Positions 1 to 9,261 of a stretch of 64,000 nt of DNA are shown one piece after another. The stretch lies in assembly GCA_023435025.1 (NCBI GenBank), contig JAEYSE010000020.1, forward strand, positions 16,189-80,188, in the 5' to 3' direction. Position 1 is the first letter of the stretch, and the number at the start of each line of letters is the position of its first letter. The DNA comes from Bacillota bacterium. Its GTDB lineage: Bacteria > Bacillota > Clostridia > Christensenellales > CAG-138. The position numbers and the translations under genes are program-made. The notes beneath the pieces were generated by a model. The model was not told the DNA's origin and made no database searches. It saw nothing but the letters and a program-made list of their open reading frames with translations.

Positions 1-243
1 CCCTCCACCGCGACACTTTCCACCGTGGATGGCGTGACCGCCGAAAAGCCGCTGCACTTCTTCCTGGAGCGCTATATGGCGGCCTACCAGCAGGAGATCA
101 AGTCCTTTGTGGATGCGGTCATAAACGATACGCCTACCGAGGTGGATGTCAACGATGGGCTGCAGCCCGTATTAATCGGTCTTGCGGCAAAACGCTCCAT
201 GGAGCAGGGTCGCCCAGTCAAGATTTCCGAGGTTTCACTCTAG
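1..243 (+). CDS. Gfo/Idh/MocA-family oxidoreductase (inositol 2-dehydrogenase-like), C-terminal fragment; 5' end lies outside the window
   Basis: Frame 1 is open from base 1; the track ORF 25..243 starts at an internal GTG. The tail HFFLERYMAAYQQEIKSFVDAV...GRPVKISEV resembles the C-terminal domain of IolG-like dehydrogenases. Confidence 0.6.
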   Translation, partial: PSTATLSTVDGVTAEKPLHFFLERYMAAYQQEIKSFVDAVINDTPTEVDVNDGLQPVLIGLAAKRSMEQGRPVKISEVSL

Positions 244-416
244 ACGGGCCGGGCCATGATGGCGCCATCTGAGACGTGGATACTGTCCGGCCTTGCAGGA
301 TGTGGGAAAGCCCTATGAACAAAAAAGAAAAGGGATTCCTGAATACCGGTTTGGGCGGGCGGCTAAGAGGACGCGTTGCGGCGGTCCTCTGTGTCCGGCA
401 ATCTGCTAGCCAAATC

Positions 417-1310
417 ATGCCGCATGCGGTTGCTAGCGCGAGATTGCTGCAAATTGCCGCCCTGATATCCGTATTGTTTCTGATGCTTCCGGGTTGTGCA
501 GAGCAGTCATCGCCAGCCCGGAAAGCGTCCCTGCCGCTCACGGTGGAGGATGTGGTGCGGAGGGAAGCAAAGGCTCACGGCATTGCGCTCACGGCGCAGG
601 AAGAAGCGGACGCAGTCAAAAGGCTTCAGGCCGACGTTGCAGAATATGCGCTGGACGGCTCCGCCGATTCCCTTGATCTTAAAAAAATGCGCGAGGACTA
701 TCTTTTTAGCGCCCTGTCCGATAAACTTTGCGCCGCAGTAACGGGGAACGTGACCGTGGAAGAAGCAAAGGTCCGCGAATGGTACGATGCGCGTTATGCC
801 GCCCTCAAGACTGCCTTTGACAATGACCCGGGTCTTTATAAAAATCAGCAGGAGGGTTACGAGCGGTATGGCGGAGTGCCACCGCTCTTTGTTCCTGAAG
901 GCTATATCCGTTTCCGGCACATACTCATTGCGGATGAAGCAACGGCGAACGCCGTGCTTATGCTTCTCCGGGAAGGCGCGCCGTTTGGAGAATTGCTTGT
1001 TAAGTTTGGAATGGACGCGGGCATGAAAATAGAGCCGTATCAAAGCCACGGATACCTCACAAGCGAATACGCTTCCAACCCCGATTATATTTCGGAGCTC
1101 AAAGAGGCCGCTCTGGCGTTAAAGGATACCGGGGATGTTAGTGAAATCGTCAAATCAAGCGCCGGTTTCCACATCATAGAGCTTACAGAGCGTATACCGG
1201 CTGGCGATGTTTCCTATGAGGCCGCGCGCAACGCCATTCAAAAGCTGCTGGAAACTCAGGCACGCCGGGAGGCCTATGAGGCCATGATTGCGGGCTGGAT
1301 GGTAAAGTGA
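417..1310 (+). CDS. PpiC/parvulin-type peptidyl-prolyl isomerase lipoprotein (PrsA-like foldase)
   Basis: Signal peptide with lipobox LFLMLPGC. Parvulin core FRHILI...GFHIIELTERI. Start is ambiguous (417 gives a normal-length signal peptide; 315 and 276 are also in frame). Confidence 0.75.
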   Translation: MPHAVASARLLQIAALISVLFLMLPGCAEQSSPARKASLPLTVEDVVRREAKAHGIALTAQEEADAVKRLQADVAEYALDGSADSLDLKKMREDYLFSALSDKLCAAVTGNVTVEEAKVREWYDARYAALKTAFDNDPGLYKNQQEGYERYGGVPPLFVPEGYIRFRHILIADEATANAVLMLLREGAPFGELLVKFGMDAGMKIEPYQSHGYLTSEYASNPDYISELKEAALALKDTGDVSEIVKSSAGFHIIELTERIPAGDVSYEAARNAIQKLLETQARREAYEAMIAGWMVK

Positions 1311-1326
1311 TCGCGTAAATGATTAG

Positions 1327-1366
1327 GGGCTGTCTAAAAGCACATAACATGCTCAGTAGACAGCCC
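1327..1366. terminator. Stem-loop between convergent genes (possible bidirectional terminator)
   Basis: GGGCTGTCTA (1327-1336) pairs perfectly with TAGACAGCCC (1357-1366). The downstream U-tract is weak. Confidence 0.45.
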
Positions 1367-1432
1367 TTCCGTTCTAACGGTGACACATGGGGCTTCCAAT
1401 AAAGCGCAGGCGTTGGATAGCCCCATCACTGT

Positions 1433-1876
1433 TTAGCAAGCCGAAGATTTCGTTCGCTTTAGCTGATTCTTTCTCCGAATCAGCCAATAAATACCCCAGC
1501 TCATGAGGTTGCCCAAAACAGTGGGCGGCAGCAAGTACATAAGCATCATTTGCCGGGCAATCAGCCGGTCAGCTTCGTCTACTCTATAAAACAACCCAAG
1601 TACCAAAAAATAAGCGATAAAGAACAGGAACGCAACTGGAACAACGCGTTTATCCTGAAAGGGAATCATAAAAAGGCAGCAGATTCCGCATGCTAGGAGC
1701 GCAGCCGCGCTGGGACCAAGCCAGACCTCCCAGAAAGAACCCGTAACCGGTCCCGACAGCAGGATGGCGGGGAGCATGTATGCCAGCACAAATATCACAA
1801 TAAACAATAGGCTCATTGTAAAGCTGATGATCATCAGCGGGCTTTTTACTTTGCCGTCCTTCATGAAAAGTCCCAT
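1433..1876 (-). CDS. Small polytopic membrane protein, unknown function (paralog of 10064..10546)
   Basis: Hydrophobic segments throughout. The N-terminal region MKDGKVKSPLMIISFTMSLLFIVIFVLAYML aligns with TENGRVKSTLLIYSFSLSILFVAIYLLSYLM of the other copy. Last gene of the long operon. Start is uncertain (1876/1864/1927). Confidence 0.6.
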   Translation of the reverse strand: MGLFMKDGKVKSPLMIISFTMSLLFIVIFVLAYMLPAILLSGPVTGSFWEVWLGPSAAALLACGICCLFMIPFQDKRVVPVAFLFFIAYFLVLGLFYRVDEADRLIARQMMLMYLLPPTVLGNLMSWGIYWLIRRKNQLKRTKSSAC

Positions 1877-2025
1877 TTGTTTTCCGCCCTTCCCCATCAC
1901 CTGTAAAATCCGCTGATAAAGCCACAAAAGCCTTATCAGCGGATTTCTTTGGCGTTACGGGCTTTTGCTTTTATTGCTGATCTACGCTTACGCGTCAGAT
2001 TATACCCTCACAAAGAGAAAGTTGT

Positions 2026-3267
2026 CTAGCCCTGCAGAGAGATCCAGAAGTCCATGACGTCGGGGAGATTTTCGTAGACGTACATGGGGTTGAAATCCCA
2101 CACGTGCAGGTCGCTCAGCGGCGTGCTGCCTTCAGCCAGCTGCACGTTGTCACGTACGGACCAGCCGCCCAGCGTGTTGAAGGGGCTGAACCCTGCGCCT
2201 GTGCCATCGGCCTCGCCGGTCATCCAGCGGACCAGGAGCTTGGCCGCGTTGGGATGCGGGGCCTCATTGACGATATACAGGTTGTTCTGCGCGGGAATGC
2301 CGGTGGCGGGCAGCATGTTGATGGGCGCCAATACCCAGCCGTCGCTTTCGTTCTTGCGGAGCTTCGAGGAAGCGGCATAGCCGAGTATATCGGCCTTGGT
2401 GCCTGCCGTCCCGACGGACTCACAGATTTCGTCCGATGAGGCGATGAACACAAGGTCATTGGCGACCAGCCGCTTCATCAGCTCGTGGGCCGCGGTTGGG
2501 CAGCCTTCCGAAAGCGTAAGGGCCTCGCCGAACTCGCGCTGATAATCGGCCGCAAGTTCATCGTGGTAGGCGGTAAAGGCGGTGAATATGGCCATGTAGT
2601 TGATGTTGTCGATGGGGTTGCTGATCAGGAGCTTGCCTTTCCATTCAGGCCTTGTGAGATCCCACCAACTGTCTACCGGAGGTCCGTCCGGATATGCCTC
2701 GTAATTGTAGAACCACTGATTCAGCTCGATATAGAGGGGCATGGCGTAGGTTAGATAATTGGGGTTGCTGATTGTCTTGACGATGTCGTCGGGATAATAG
2801 TTGTGGAATATCCCGGTGGCTACCTTTTCAATATAGAGCCCGCCGTCCTGGTCTTTGCAGTGGATGACGTCCGCGTTGCGTATGCCCGATTCATATTCGC
2901 GGGTGATTTTCTCAAGGAGTTCATTGGTGGAAATGTCATACGCATCGCATATCACGCCGGGATACTGCGCTTCGAAGCTCTCCTTCACCTGCACGCAGCG
3001 GCTGGATATGGAATACAGCACGACTGTTCCTTCCTGCTTGGCAAGCTCATAAAGCTCGTCAACGGTTTGTGAACCGGTGGTAATCATGTTTTCTTCTGCC
3101 CAGGTGGTGACCGCCGGCTCCGGGAGAGGCGTAGCCTCGGCTTCTACTGCAGGCGCTTCGGAGGGAGGGGCTTCCTGCTCGGTTTGCACGGGCTGCTGTG
3201 CGCAACCGACACAGGATAGTATGAGCAACAACACGGTCAACAGTGAGATGATCGATCTGGTCTTCAT
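2026..3267 (-). CDS. ABC importer substrate-binding lipoprotein, FbpA/AfuA-like class (cassette 1)
   Basis: Lipobox LLILSCVGCAQ, a Pro/Ala/Glu-rich linker, then a family-1 solute-binding fold (TVVLYSISS...). About 35-40% identical by eye to the 10624..11928 product. Confidence 0.8.
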   Translation of the reverse strand: MKTRSIISLLTVLLLILSCVGCAQQPVQTEQEAPPSEAPAVEAEATPLPEPAVTTWAEENMITTGSQTVDELYELAKQEGTVVLYSISSRCVQVKESFEAQYPGVICDAYDISTNELLEKITREYESGIRNADVIHCKDQDGGLYIEKVATGIFHNYYPDDIVKTISNPNYLTYAMPLYIELNQWFYNYEAYPDGPPVDSWWDLTRPEWKGKLLISNPIDNINYMAIFTAFTAYHDELAADYQREFGEALTLSEGCPTAAHELMKRLVANDLVFIASSDEICESVGTAGTKADILGYAASSKLRKNESDGWVLAPINMLPATGIPAQNNLYIVNEAPHPNAAKLLVRWMTGEADGTGAGFSPFNTLGGWSVRDNVQLAEGSTPLSDLHVWDFNPMYVYENLPDVMDFWISLQG

Positions 3268-3350
3268 AGTTCCTCCTTATTCTATTGTCTTGCCCGCCGA
3301 TTCGTCCATCGGCAAACATTGCTTCATATGGAATCTCCGGCGGTCCTCCC

Positions 3351-4478
3351 CTATTCTGTAGCGGCGTATTTGAGCAGCTTGCCGGTTGCCTTGCTGTAAA
3401 CGGTAATCATACGTTCGGGTATCTGGACTCCCACCTTCTGATCGCGTTCATAGCTGGTAATACCAATTGCCTTGGCCAATAGCACCGTTGCGCCAATCTG
3501 CACCTGGACCAACGTTTCCGACCCGGCGGGCTGGCAGGCGTATACGGACCCTAAAAACGCGGTGTTCTCCGTGTTCTTGGAAACCGCGATATGCTCTGGC
3601 CGTATACCCAGTACGCAATCAAATTCGCCGGACTTCGGAAATTCGTTTCCGGTCAGGTCGCCTTGCTCAAACGCGAAGCTTCCAAGATCAGAGATCACGC
3701 GGAGTTTGCCGCCATCATGCTGCGCCTTGGCCTGCACCGTATTGATGCGCGGGTTGCCTATAAAATCCGCTATCCGAAGATCTGCAGGGTTGCTGTAGAC
3801 ATTGATTGGCGTGTCTACCTGAGCAAGCTCACCCTCAAAGAATATGGCGACACGGGTGCTCATGGTCAGTGCCTCAATTTGGTCATGGGTAACGTATATG
3901 ACTGTAGTGCCCAGCTCCTGGTGCAGGCGTTTGAGCTCGGAGCGCATATCGATGCGCAGCTTGGCATCCAGGTTAGAAAGCGGCTCGTCCAGCAGCAGGG
4001 TCTTCGGCTCGCTTACGATTGCGCGGGCAATCGCCACGCGCTGCTGCTGACCCCCGGAAAGCTCGCTCGGGTACCGGTTGACGTATTCGCCGATCTGTAA
4101 GCGCTCCAGCGCGTTTCCCACGCGCCGCTTGATCTCATCCTTTGGCACTTTTTTAATGCAAAGACCAAACGCAACATTGTCGAACACCGTCATATGCGGC
4201 CACAAAGCGTAGGATTGGAACACCAGATTCAGCCCTCGTTTGGACGGCGCTTCAAAGAACAGCTCTTCGGTGTTCACGACCTCGCGGCCGTCCATATGGA
4301 TTTTGCCTCTTTGCGGGCGCTCAAGGCCCGACACCACGCGCAGCGTGGTGGTCTTCCCGCAGCCTGAGGGGCCAAGCAGCGTCATGAACTCGCCGTCCTC
4401 AATCGTAAGATCCAGGCTTTTCAATACGTGGTTGCTTCCGTAATATTTGTCAATGCCCTGTAATACGATTTTGCTCAT
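3351..4478 (-). CDS. ABC importer ATP-binding protein (MalK/FbpC-like, with C-terminal regulatory domain), cassette 1
   Basis: Walker A GPSGCGKTT, signature LSGGQQQR, Walker B LLLDEPLSNLD, H-loop VTHDQ. Closely paralogous to 11963..13081. Confidence 0.92.
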   Translation of the reverse strand: MSKIVLQGIDKYYGSNHVLKSLDLTIEDGEFMTLLGPSGCGKTTTLRVVSGLERPQRGKIHMDGREVVNTEELFFEAPSKRGLNLVFQSYALWPHMTVFDNVAFGLCIKKVPKDEIKRRVGNALERLQIGEYVNRYPSELSGGQQQRVAIARAIVSEPKTLLLDEPLSNLDAKLRIDMRSELKRLHQELGTTVIYVTHDQIEALTMSTRVAIFFEGELAQVDTPINVYSNPADLRIADFIGNPRINTVQAKAQHDGGKLRVISDLGSFAFEQGDLTGNEFPKSGEFDCVLGIRPEHIAVSKNTENTAFLGSVYACQPAGSETLVQVQIGATVLLAKAIGITSYERDQKVGVQIPERMITVYSKATGKLLKYAATE

Positions 4479-4484
4479 TGTCCG

Positions 4485-6323
4485 TTAACCTCCCATACCT
4501 TTGGCGATATCCGCGTTACCAAACCGATTGGTCAGCCAATATACAAACAACACGATGAGGAACATGCACACCGCCACGACGTTGGAGTAAGGCTCCATAT
4601 TGCTGTTGGAGTACGAGAACGCCATGTACGGCAGCGTGGCCAGCTTGGGCGTTACAATCAATATAATCAGGTCGAGTTCCTTCATGATGCTGATGAATAT
4701 CAGCATAAAGCCCGAAATAAACCCTGCCTTGGACAGCGGCAACACAATACGCCCCATGCGTTTGCCAAAGCCCGCGCCTTCTATGGAGGCCGCCTCCTCA
4801 AGCTCCATACCGATCTGCATCATGTTGGCGGTACCCGCGCGGCTTGAGAAAGGCAGGTGTTTGACCACCGAGACCAGCACCATCAGCGCGAATGTGCCGT
4901 AGAGCGAGGGTATCAAAAGTTGAGGCTTCGAGAACATGGAAAGGTAAATCGCGCCGAATGCGATCGAAGGGATCAGGTAGGGCACGAATACCAGCTGCTC
5001 CACCAGGCGGCCGGATATTTTACCTCGGCCACGGGATGTGATATAACCGATCAACTGCCCGCACAGCGTTCCGATTACGGACGTCACGACCACCAGCTTG
5101 AGCGTATTCCATACATTGGTCCAGAACCGCGGGTTCGCGAACACGCCCGGTTCTCCTTCAAATACCTCTGGTAACTGGTGTGCAGCCCCGGCCCAGTAAT
5201 GGAGTGAAAAATTACTCCACGCGTAGACGCCCGGCTTGAGCATAAACGTATCGACCATCAGTATCATGAGCGGCCCGATTACTGCGACGCAAACAAACAG
5301 GACCAAGAGTATTAACAGAACCGGCTTTGCGGCGCCCAGCGAAATCAGCGTATGGCGCCCGCCTTTGCCGCCGATCGTAGCGTAACTTTTCCGCGCGCCG
5401 ATTGCCCGCTGGTTTAAATACACGTTGAGCGCGGCGATGGTAATCAATATCATGGCAATGGCGAAGCCGGTGGTGGTATTTTGCTGTTTGACGGTGGAAT
5501 AGAGCATGGTGGAAATGGTGTAGTAATTTACCTTCATGCCGAGGAAAGCCGGTACGCCGAATGTACCCATGGATTTGGAGAATGTGAGTATGAACGCGGA
5601 AAGTATGGCAGGCAATACAAGCGGCAGCGTAATCCTTTTTAATATTTGAAACTTGCCCGCTCCCGCAATTTCGCCCATTTCCTCAAGCTCACTGTTGATG
5701 GACCCAAGCGCAGCCGATACCAGCAGGTAGGCATACGCGTAATAGTGGACGGTCAGCACGATAATGATCGGTATGGGTCCATAGGCCAGCCAGTCCGGCG
5801 TATCAATGCCTAAAGACGCCAGAAAGCCCATCGATCCGCCCACACGCGCGTTTTTGAACACCGCCATCCATGCCATGGATTTGCACCAGGAAGGCAGCAT
5901 GTATGGAACGATGATCGCGAGCGAAAAAAACTTCTTGAATGGAAGATCGGAGCGCACCATCAGCCACGCGATGCCCGCGCCCAAGCCGATGCTCAGCACG
6001 GATACCGTAATGGCAATCACCAGCGAGTTTACTAGCGGCTTGTACAAAAGCGAGTTGCTGACCTCTGTGAACAACAGGCGGTTCCAGTAAAACAGCGTGA
6101 AGTCTCCGACTTGCGCGCCGGGAATACGGCGAAGATCCTTGTTTGCTGCCTGGAATGTGGTGGAGATCATCTCCAGCAGCGGCACCACAATCAAATACGC
6201 CAGCAGTACAATGGCGACGATTACGATAATGTTGTACGGATTGGTAAACGTATTGATTAAGCCGTTCTTAAATCGTCTGCTTCGTGAAAACCCAAGTGAT
6301 CGCGGGACAGATTCGGGCCTCAT
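4485..6323 (-). CDS. Fused two-domain ABC importer permease (FbpB/AfuB-like), cassette 1
   Basis: 612 aa with two tandem transmembrane halves. Collinear paralog of 13127..14953. Start moved to the ATG at 6323, preceded by AAGGAGGAGCAA. Confidence 0.88.
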   Translation of the reverse strand: MRPESVPRSLGFSRSRRFKNGLINTFTNPYNIIVIVAIVLLAYLIVVPLLEMISTTFQAANKDLRRIPGAQVGDFTLFYWNRLLFTEVSNSLLYKPLVNSLVIAITVSVLSIGLGAGIAWLMVRSDLPFKKFFSLAIIVPYMLPSWCKSMAWMAVFKNARVGGSMGFLASLGIDTPDWLAYGPIPIIIVLTVHYYAYAYLLVSAALGSINSELEEMGEIAGAGKFQILKRITLPLVLPAILSAFILTFSKSMGTFGVPAFLGMKVNYYTISTMLYSTVKQQNTTTGFAIAMILITIAALNVYLNQRAIGARKSYATIGGKGGRHTLISLGAAKPVLLILLVLFVCVAVIGPLMILMVDTFMLKPGVYAWSNFSLHYWAGAAHQLPEVFEGEPGVFANPRFWTNVWNTLKLVVVTSVIGTLCGQLIGYITSRGRGKISGRLVEQLVFVPYLIPSIAFGAIYLSMFSKPQLLIPSLYGTFALMVLVSVVKHLPFSSRAGTANMMQIGMELEEAASIEGAGFGKRMGRIVLPLSKAGFISGFMLIFISIMKELDLIILIVTPKLATLPYMAFSYSNSNMEPYSNVVAVCMFLIVLFVYWLTNRFGNADIAKGMGG

Positions 6324-6428
6324 TTGCTCCTCCTTAACATGTACTGGTTGGCTTTGCGAAATTACAAAAGAGACATTTTGGCTGAATTGTGCGCTTAAAG
6401 GTGTGTTTGGCCGCAACGCCAAGAAATG

Positions 6429-7469
6429 CTACAGGCGACAGGTTACTACCACTGCGTCGTGGTCGGAAAGTTCCTGGCCGTCGTATATGGAAAGCTCCTT
6501 CGGCTGTCCGGATAGTTCCGTGTGCTTGAATACTGTCTCCACCCGCAGGGGGTTGGAGCAGGTAAGCCCTTTCTGGAAGAACCAGTCCAAATTCAGGCGG
6601 ACGGTGGAGCCGTCGGGCATAGGCTTTCTTCTTGTGGTTTTGTTCATCAGGTTACAATCCGTATACGAATACCCGAATTCTTCCGCGCAGCGCATCAAAG
6701 GCTCCAGCGTCGGGATAATCGCCAAGCGGCGGTCTTGCTCCTCCTCGTTGTGGTAGAACACATTCATGCTGCCCAACGTATCCCCGTTTACGGTATTGGT
6801 GTTCATATCGCCGCCTACCAGTATTGGGATATTGCCGAAATGCTCGTCGGCGCATTCCAAAAGGTAGCGAAGTTGCCGCTCGCGTTCTTCCGGCGTTGCC
6901 CGGTTCTCAAGATGCACGCAAACGAGGCCTATGCGCCTCCCTGCAGCTTCTATTTCCGCCAATATCGCAACCCGCGTCCCCAGGCGGCAGTCATTTTCGC
7001 GGTAAAACCAATCGTACATAATGGGAAGATGCACAAGCTTTGCGTTATGCAAGGGGTATTTTGATAATATGGCATTGCCGTGCCAGCCCAGCGTGTTGCC
7101 GCCCTGGCCCGCCTTGGCGGTAATAAATTCAATGCCGTAGGCATAATTCATGCCGAGCGCTTCCGCGATATCCCGCGTGACATGCTTGTTGTTTGAGCGC
7201 GCCATGCCGTAATCAAGCTCGTTGGCAAGTATGATGTCCGCGTTGCAAAGGTCTGGATGCAGCTGCAAGTAGGGCATGATTTTTTCGGGGCGCGTGCCGC
7301 ATTCCATGTTAAATACCGTTGCGATAAAGGAGGGATCTTCCTTTTTTGCATACGAATTGTTCACTTCAACGCTGAACAATTCCGGTATCCCGGAGATTGC
7401 CTTTAGATGCGGCATCTGGCTCATATTGCTGATTGCGTCCTGTATTCTTTTTAAGTAGTTCTCGGACAT
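6429..7469 (-). CDS. Endonuclease/exonuclease/phosphatase (EEP) family protein, cytoplasmic
   Basis: EEP-type motifs ANELD, GGDMNTN, LDWFF, SDHDAVVV at the C-terminus. No signal peptide. RBS GGGAGGAAAGAC before the ATG. Confidence 0.75.
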   Translation of the reverse strand: MSENYLKRIQDAISNMSQMPHLKAISGIPELFSVEVNNSYAKKEDPSFIATVFNMECGTRPEKIMPYLQLHPDLCNADIILANELDYGMARSNNKHVTRDIAEALGMNYAYGIEFITAKAGQGGNTLGWHGNAILSKYPLHNAKLVHLPIMYDWFYRENDCRLGTRVAILAEIEAAGRRIGLVCVHLENRATPEERERQLRYLLECADEHFGNIPILVGGDMNTNTVNGDTLGSMNVFYHNEEEQDRRLAIIPTLEPLMRCAEEFGYSYTDCNLMNKTTRRKPMPDGSTVRLNLDWFFQKGLTCSNPLRVETVFKHTELSGQPKELSIYDGQELSDHDAVVVTCRL

Positions 7470-7494
7470 GTCTTTCCTCCCAGTGACAAAATAA

Positions 7495-8418
7495 TTATTC
7501 GATCACAAAACGAACCCTGGAATGATACTGAGCCTCTAACCCCAATATGGAAACCGCATCTGTAAACTGAATGCAACCGGCATATTGCTGTAACAACGCG
7601 ATCGCCTCGGCGGACGGGCGGTTGTCCCCCCGGTCATTGGAAACAGAGACTACGGCGTGTTCGGGTCGAAGCTTTTTGAGAAGCTCTTCGGTCAGGGCAC
7701 CCCCGCAGGCGTGATGCGGAACTTTCAGGATATAGCAGGGGTCGTTTTGCTCATAATCCCAAAATTCACTGTAAACGTCTGCAGGCAGCACGATATCCCG
7801 TCCATGATAGGAAAGGCGCAGACGAATACCTGTGATGTTGGTGAACCGCCCCACAAAATCCAGTTCAAAGCGGTCCGGCCTTCCCAACAGGGCGTCATCC
7901 AGCACGCGCCTCTGGCGGGCATAGAGATACTGCTGCTGGCAGGAGATGTCGGTAAAAAGCCCGGGCGTCAGGCAATACCCTTTCCGGCTTTCGTGTACCT
8001 CCTTGAGCCTGCACCCGCACGCCTGAAGCGGTTGCACCGCATCGAGCAGCATGTTGAGCGTATGACATACGCTCTTCGCAGTCTTGGAGTAATCATCCCC
8101 CGGCTTCAGGCGAACGGAGCGCAAGTCGGGGGTCGGCAGGTAAGGCGTCCAAAGCTCATCGATTTCGGCCTGATTGAAAAGCTTCTCCATGCCGCCGATG
8201 TGATCGCGGTGCAGATGCGTCAATACCAGCAGATCGATATGCGAAACGCCTTCTTCGCGCAGATACGTGGCTGCATCGATCCGCCTGGAGTTTGGCTGAA
8301 CGCTGCCGGGCGTAGTATCCCCGCAGTCCACCAGCATACAGAAATGAGAGGAATCCTCTTGCTCCCGGATGAGTATGGCGTCCCCATACCCAATGTTGAT
8401 AAAATCGATCGTCAGCAT
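7495..8418 (-). CDS. MBL-fold metallo-hydrolase, ComEC C-terminal-domain-like (stand-alone)
   Basis: NIGYGDAILI, HxHxDH motif THLHRDHIGG, later KVPHHACGG. No signal peptide or TM segment. Paralog of 43639..44589. Confidence 0.8.
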   Translation of the reverse strand: MLTIDFINIGYGDAILIREQEDSSHFCMLVDCGDTTPGSVQPNSRRIDAATYLREEGVSHIDLLVLTHLHRDHIGGMEKLFNQAEIDELWTPYLPTPDLRSVRLKPGDDYSKTAKSVCHTLNMLLDAVQPLQACGCRLKEVHESRKGYCLTPGLFTDISCQQQYLYARQRRVLDDALLGRPDRFELDFVGRFTNITGIRLRLSYHGRDIVLPADVYSEFWDYEQNDPCYILKVPHHACGGALTEELLKKLRPEHAVVSVSNDRGDNRPSAEAIALLQQYAGCIQFTDAVSILGLEAQYHSRVRFVIE

Positions 8419-8448
8419 AAGTTCCTTTGTATTGCTTGAAATCCGGTA

Positions 8449-9261
8449 CTATCCGGCTTGGTCCGTATAGGTACCGCGGCAGAACATCCGGGGCGCAAGC
8501 AGCAGCGTTTCCCGCTCTGCGCCTTGGCACAGGCGTTCCATCAAAGACACTGCATGGGTCTCAAGCGCAAAGCGGCCGCATCCCACGCTGGTCAGCTTGT
8601 ATTTGGACAACGATGCGAGCGAAACATCCCCGAACCCAAGAAGCGCGATGTCCCTGCCCGGCCGCAATTCCCGCTCCACAATCGCCTGCCATGCGCCAAA
8701 GGCGGTAAAATCATCCTGGGCGGCAATCACCGTGGGCATGCCTCCATCCAGAAGGCTGCGTGTCGCGCAGTAGCTATCCTGCAGTGAGTTTCCCGCAACC
8801 GCAACCGTATGGACGGCGCTGCAGGGGATGCCGCTTTTTTGCGCCCCCAGCAAAAAGCCTTTGAGAAGTTCATCATGGCAGGATGTGGGGTGAAACAGGA
8901 ACACAAGTTTTCTGTGCCCGTTTTTCATCAGGCGTTCCGCGGCCAAAGTGCCTGCTTTTTTCTCATCCATAGAAACAAAACTTATGGATGCGTGCGAGGC
9001 GTTTTGGCCAACAAATACGACGGGAACGCGCAATCCTTCATACAATGCCTTGCTTTGCGCCTGTACCGGCATGGCGAAGATGCCTGAGACATTCGCCGCA
9101 ATCAGCCCGTTTAGGAACCGGGCCTCATTTTTAAAATCCCCCTGCGCGTTACAAATCAGCAGGCAGTCCCCCCGCCTCTCCAGTTCACGCGCAATGTTTT
9201 CAGCGGTTTCCGGATAAAACGGGTTGATGTCGTCCGGAATGATCATGCCATATTGCTTCAT
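8449..9261 (-). CDS. LacI/PBP1-type sugar-binding (effector) domain protein lacking the N-terminal HTH
   Basis: The product begins MKQYGMIIPDDINPFYPE, which is the first strand of the LacI effector domain. The start ATG overlaps the HAD stop (ATGA), and the DNA upstream is HAD coding sequence, leaving no room for an HTH. Confidence 0.7.
   Translation of the reverse strand: MKQYGMIIPDDINPFYPETAENIARELERRGDCLLICNAQGDFKNEARFLNGLIAANVSGIFAMPVQAQSKALYEGLRVPVVFVGQNASHASISFVSMDEKKAGTLAAERLMKNGHRKLVFLFHPTSCHDELLKGFLLGAQKSGIPCSAVHTVAVAGNSLQDSYCATRSLLDGGMPTVIAAQDDFTAFGAWQAIVERELRPGRDIALLGFGDVSLASLSKYKLTSVGCGRFALETHAVSLMERLCQGAERETLLLAPRMFCRGTYTDQAG

Noticed and set aside
6429-8418. Possibility that EEP + ComEC-like MBL (plus the GIY-YIG-like gene at 30071) constitute an anti-phage defence system.
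   Set aside because: There are no partner hallmarks: no helicase/ATPase, methyltransferase, TIR/SIR2, Cas or toxin-antitoxin features. The genes are translationally embedded in a transporter/HAD operon under a sugar-type LacI operator. The GIY-YIG-like gene is 22 kb away in an unrelated unit.
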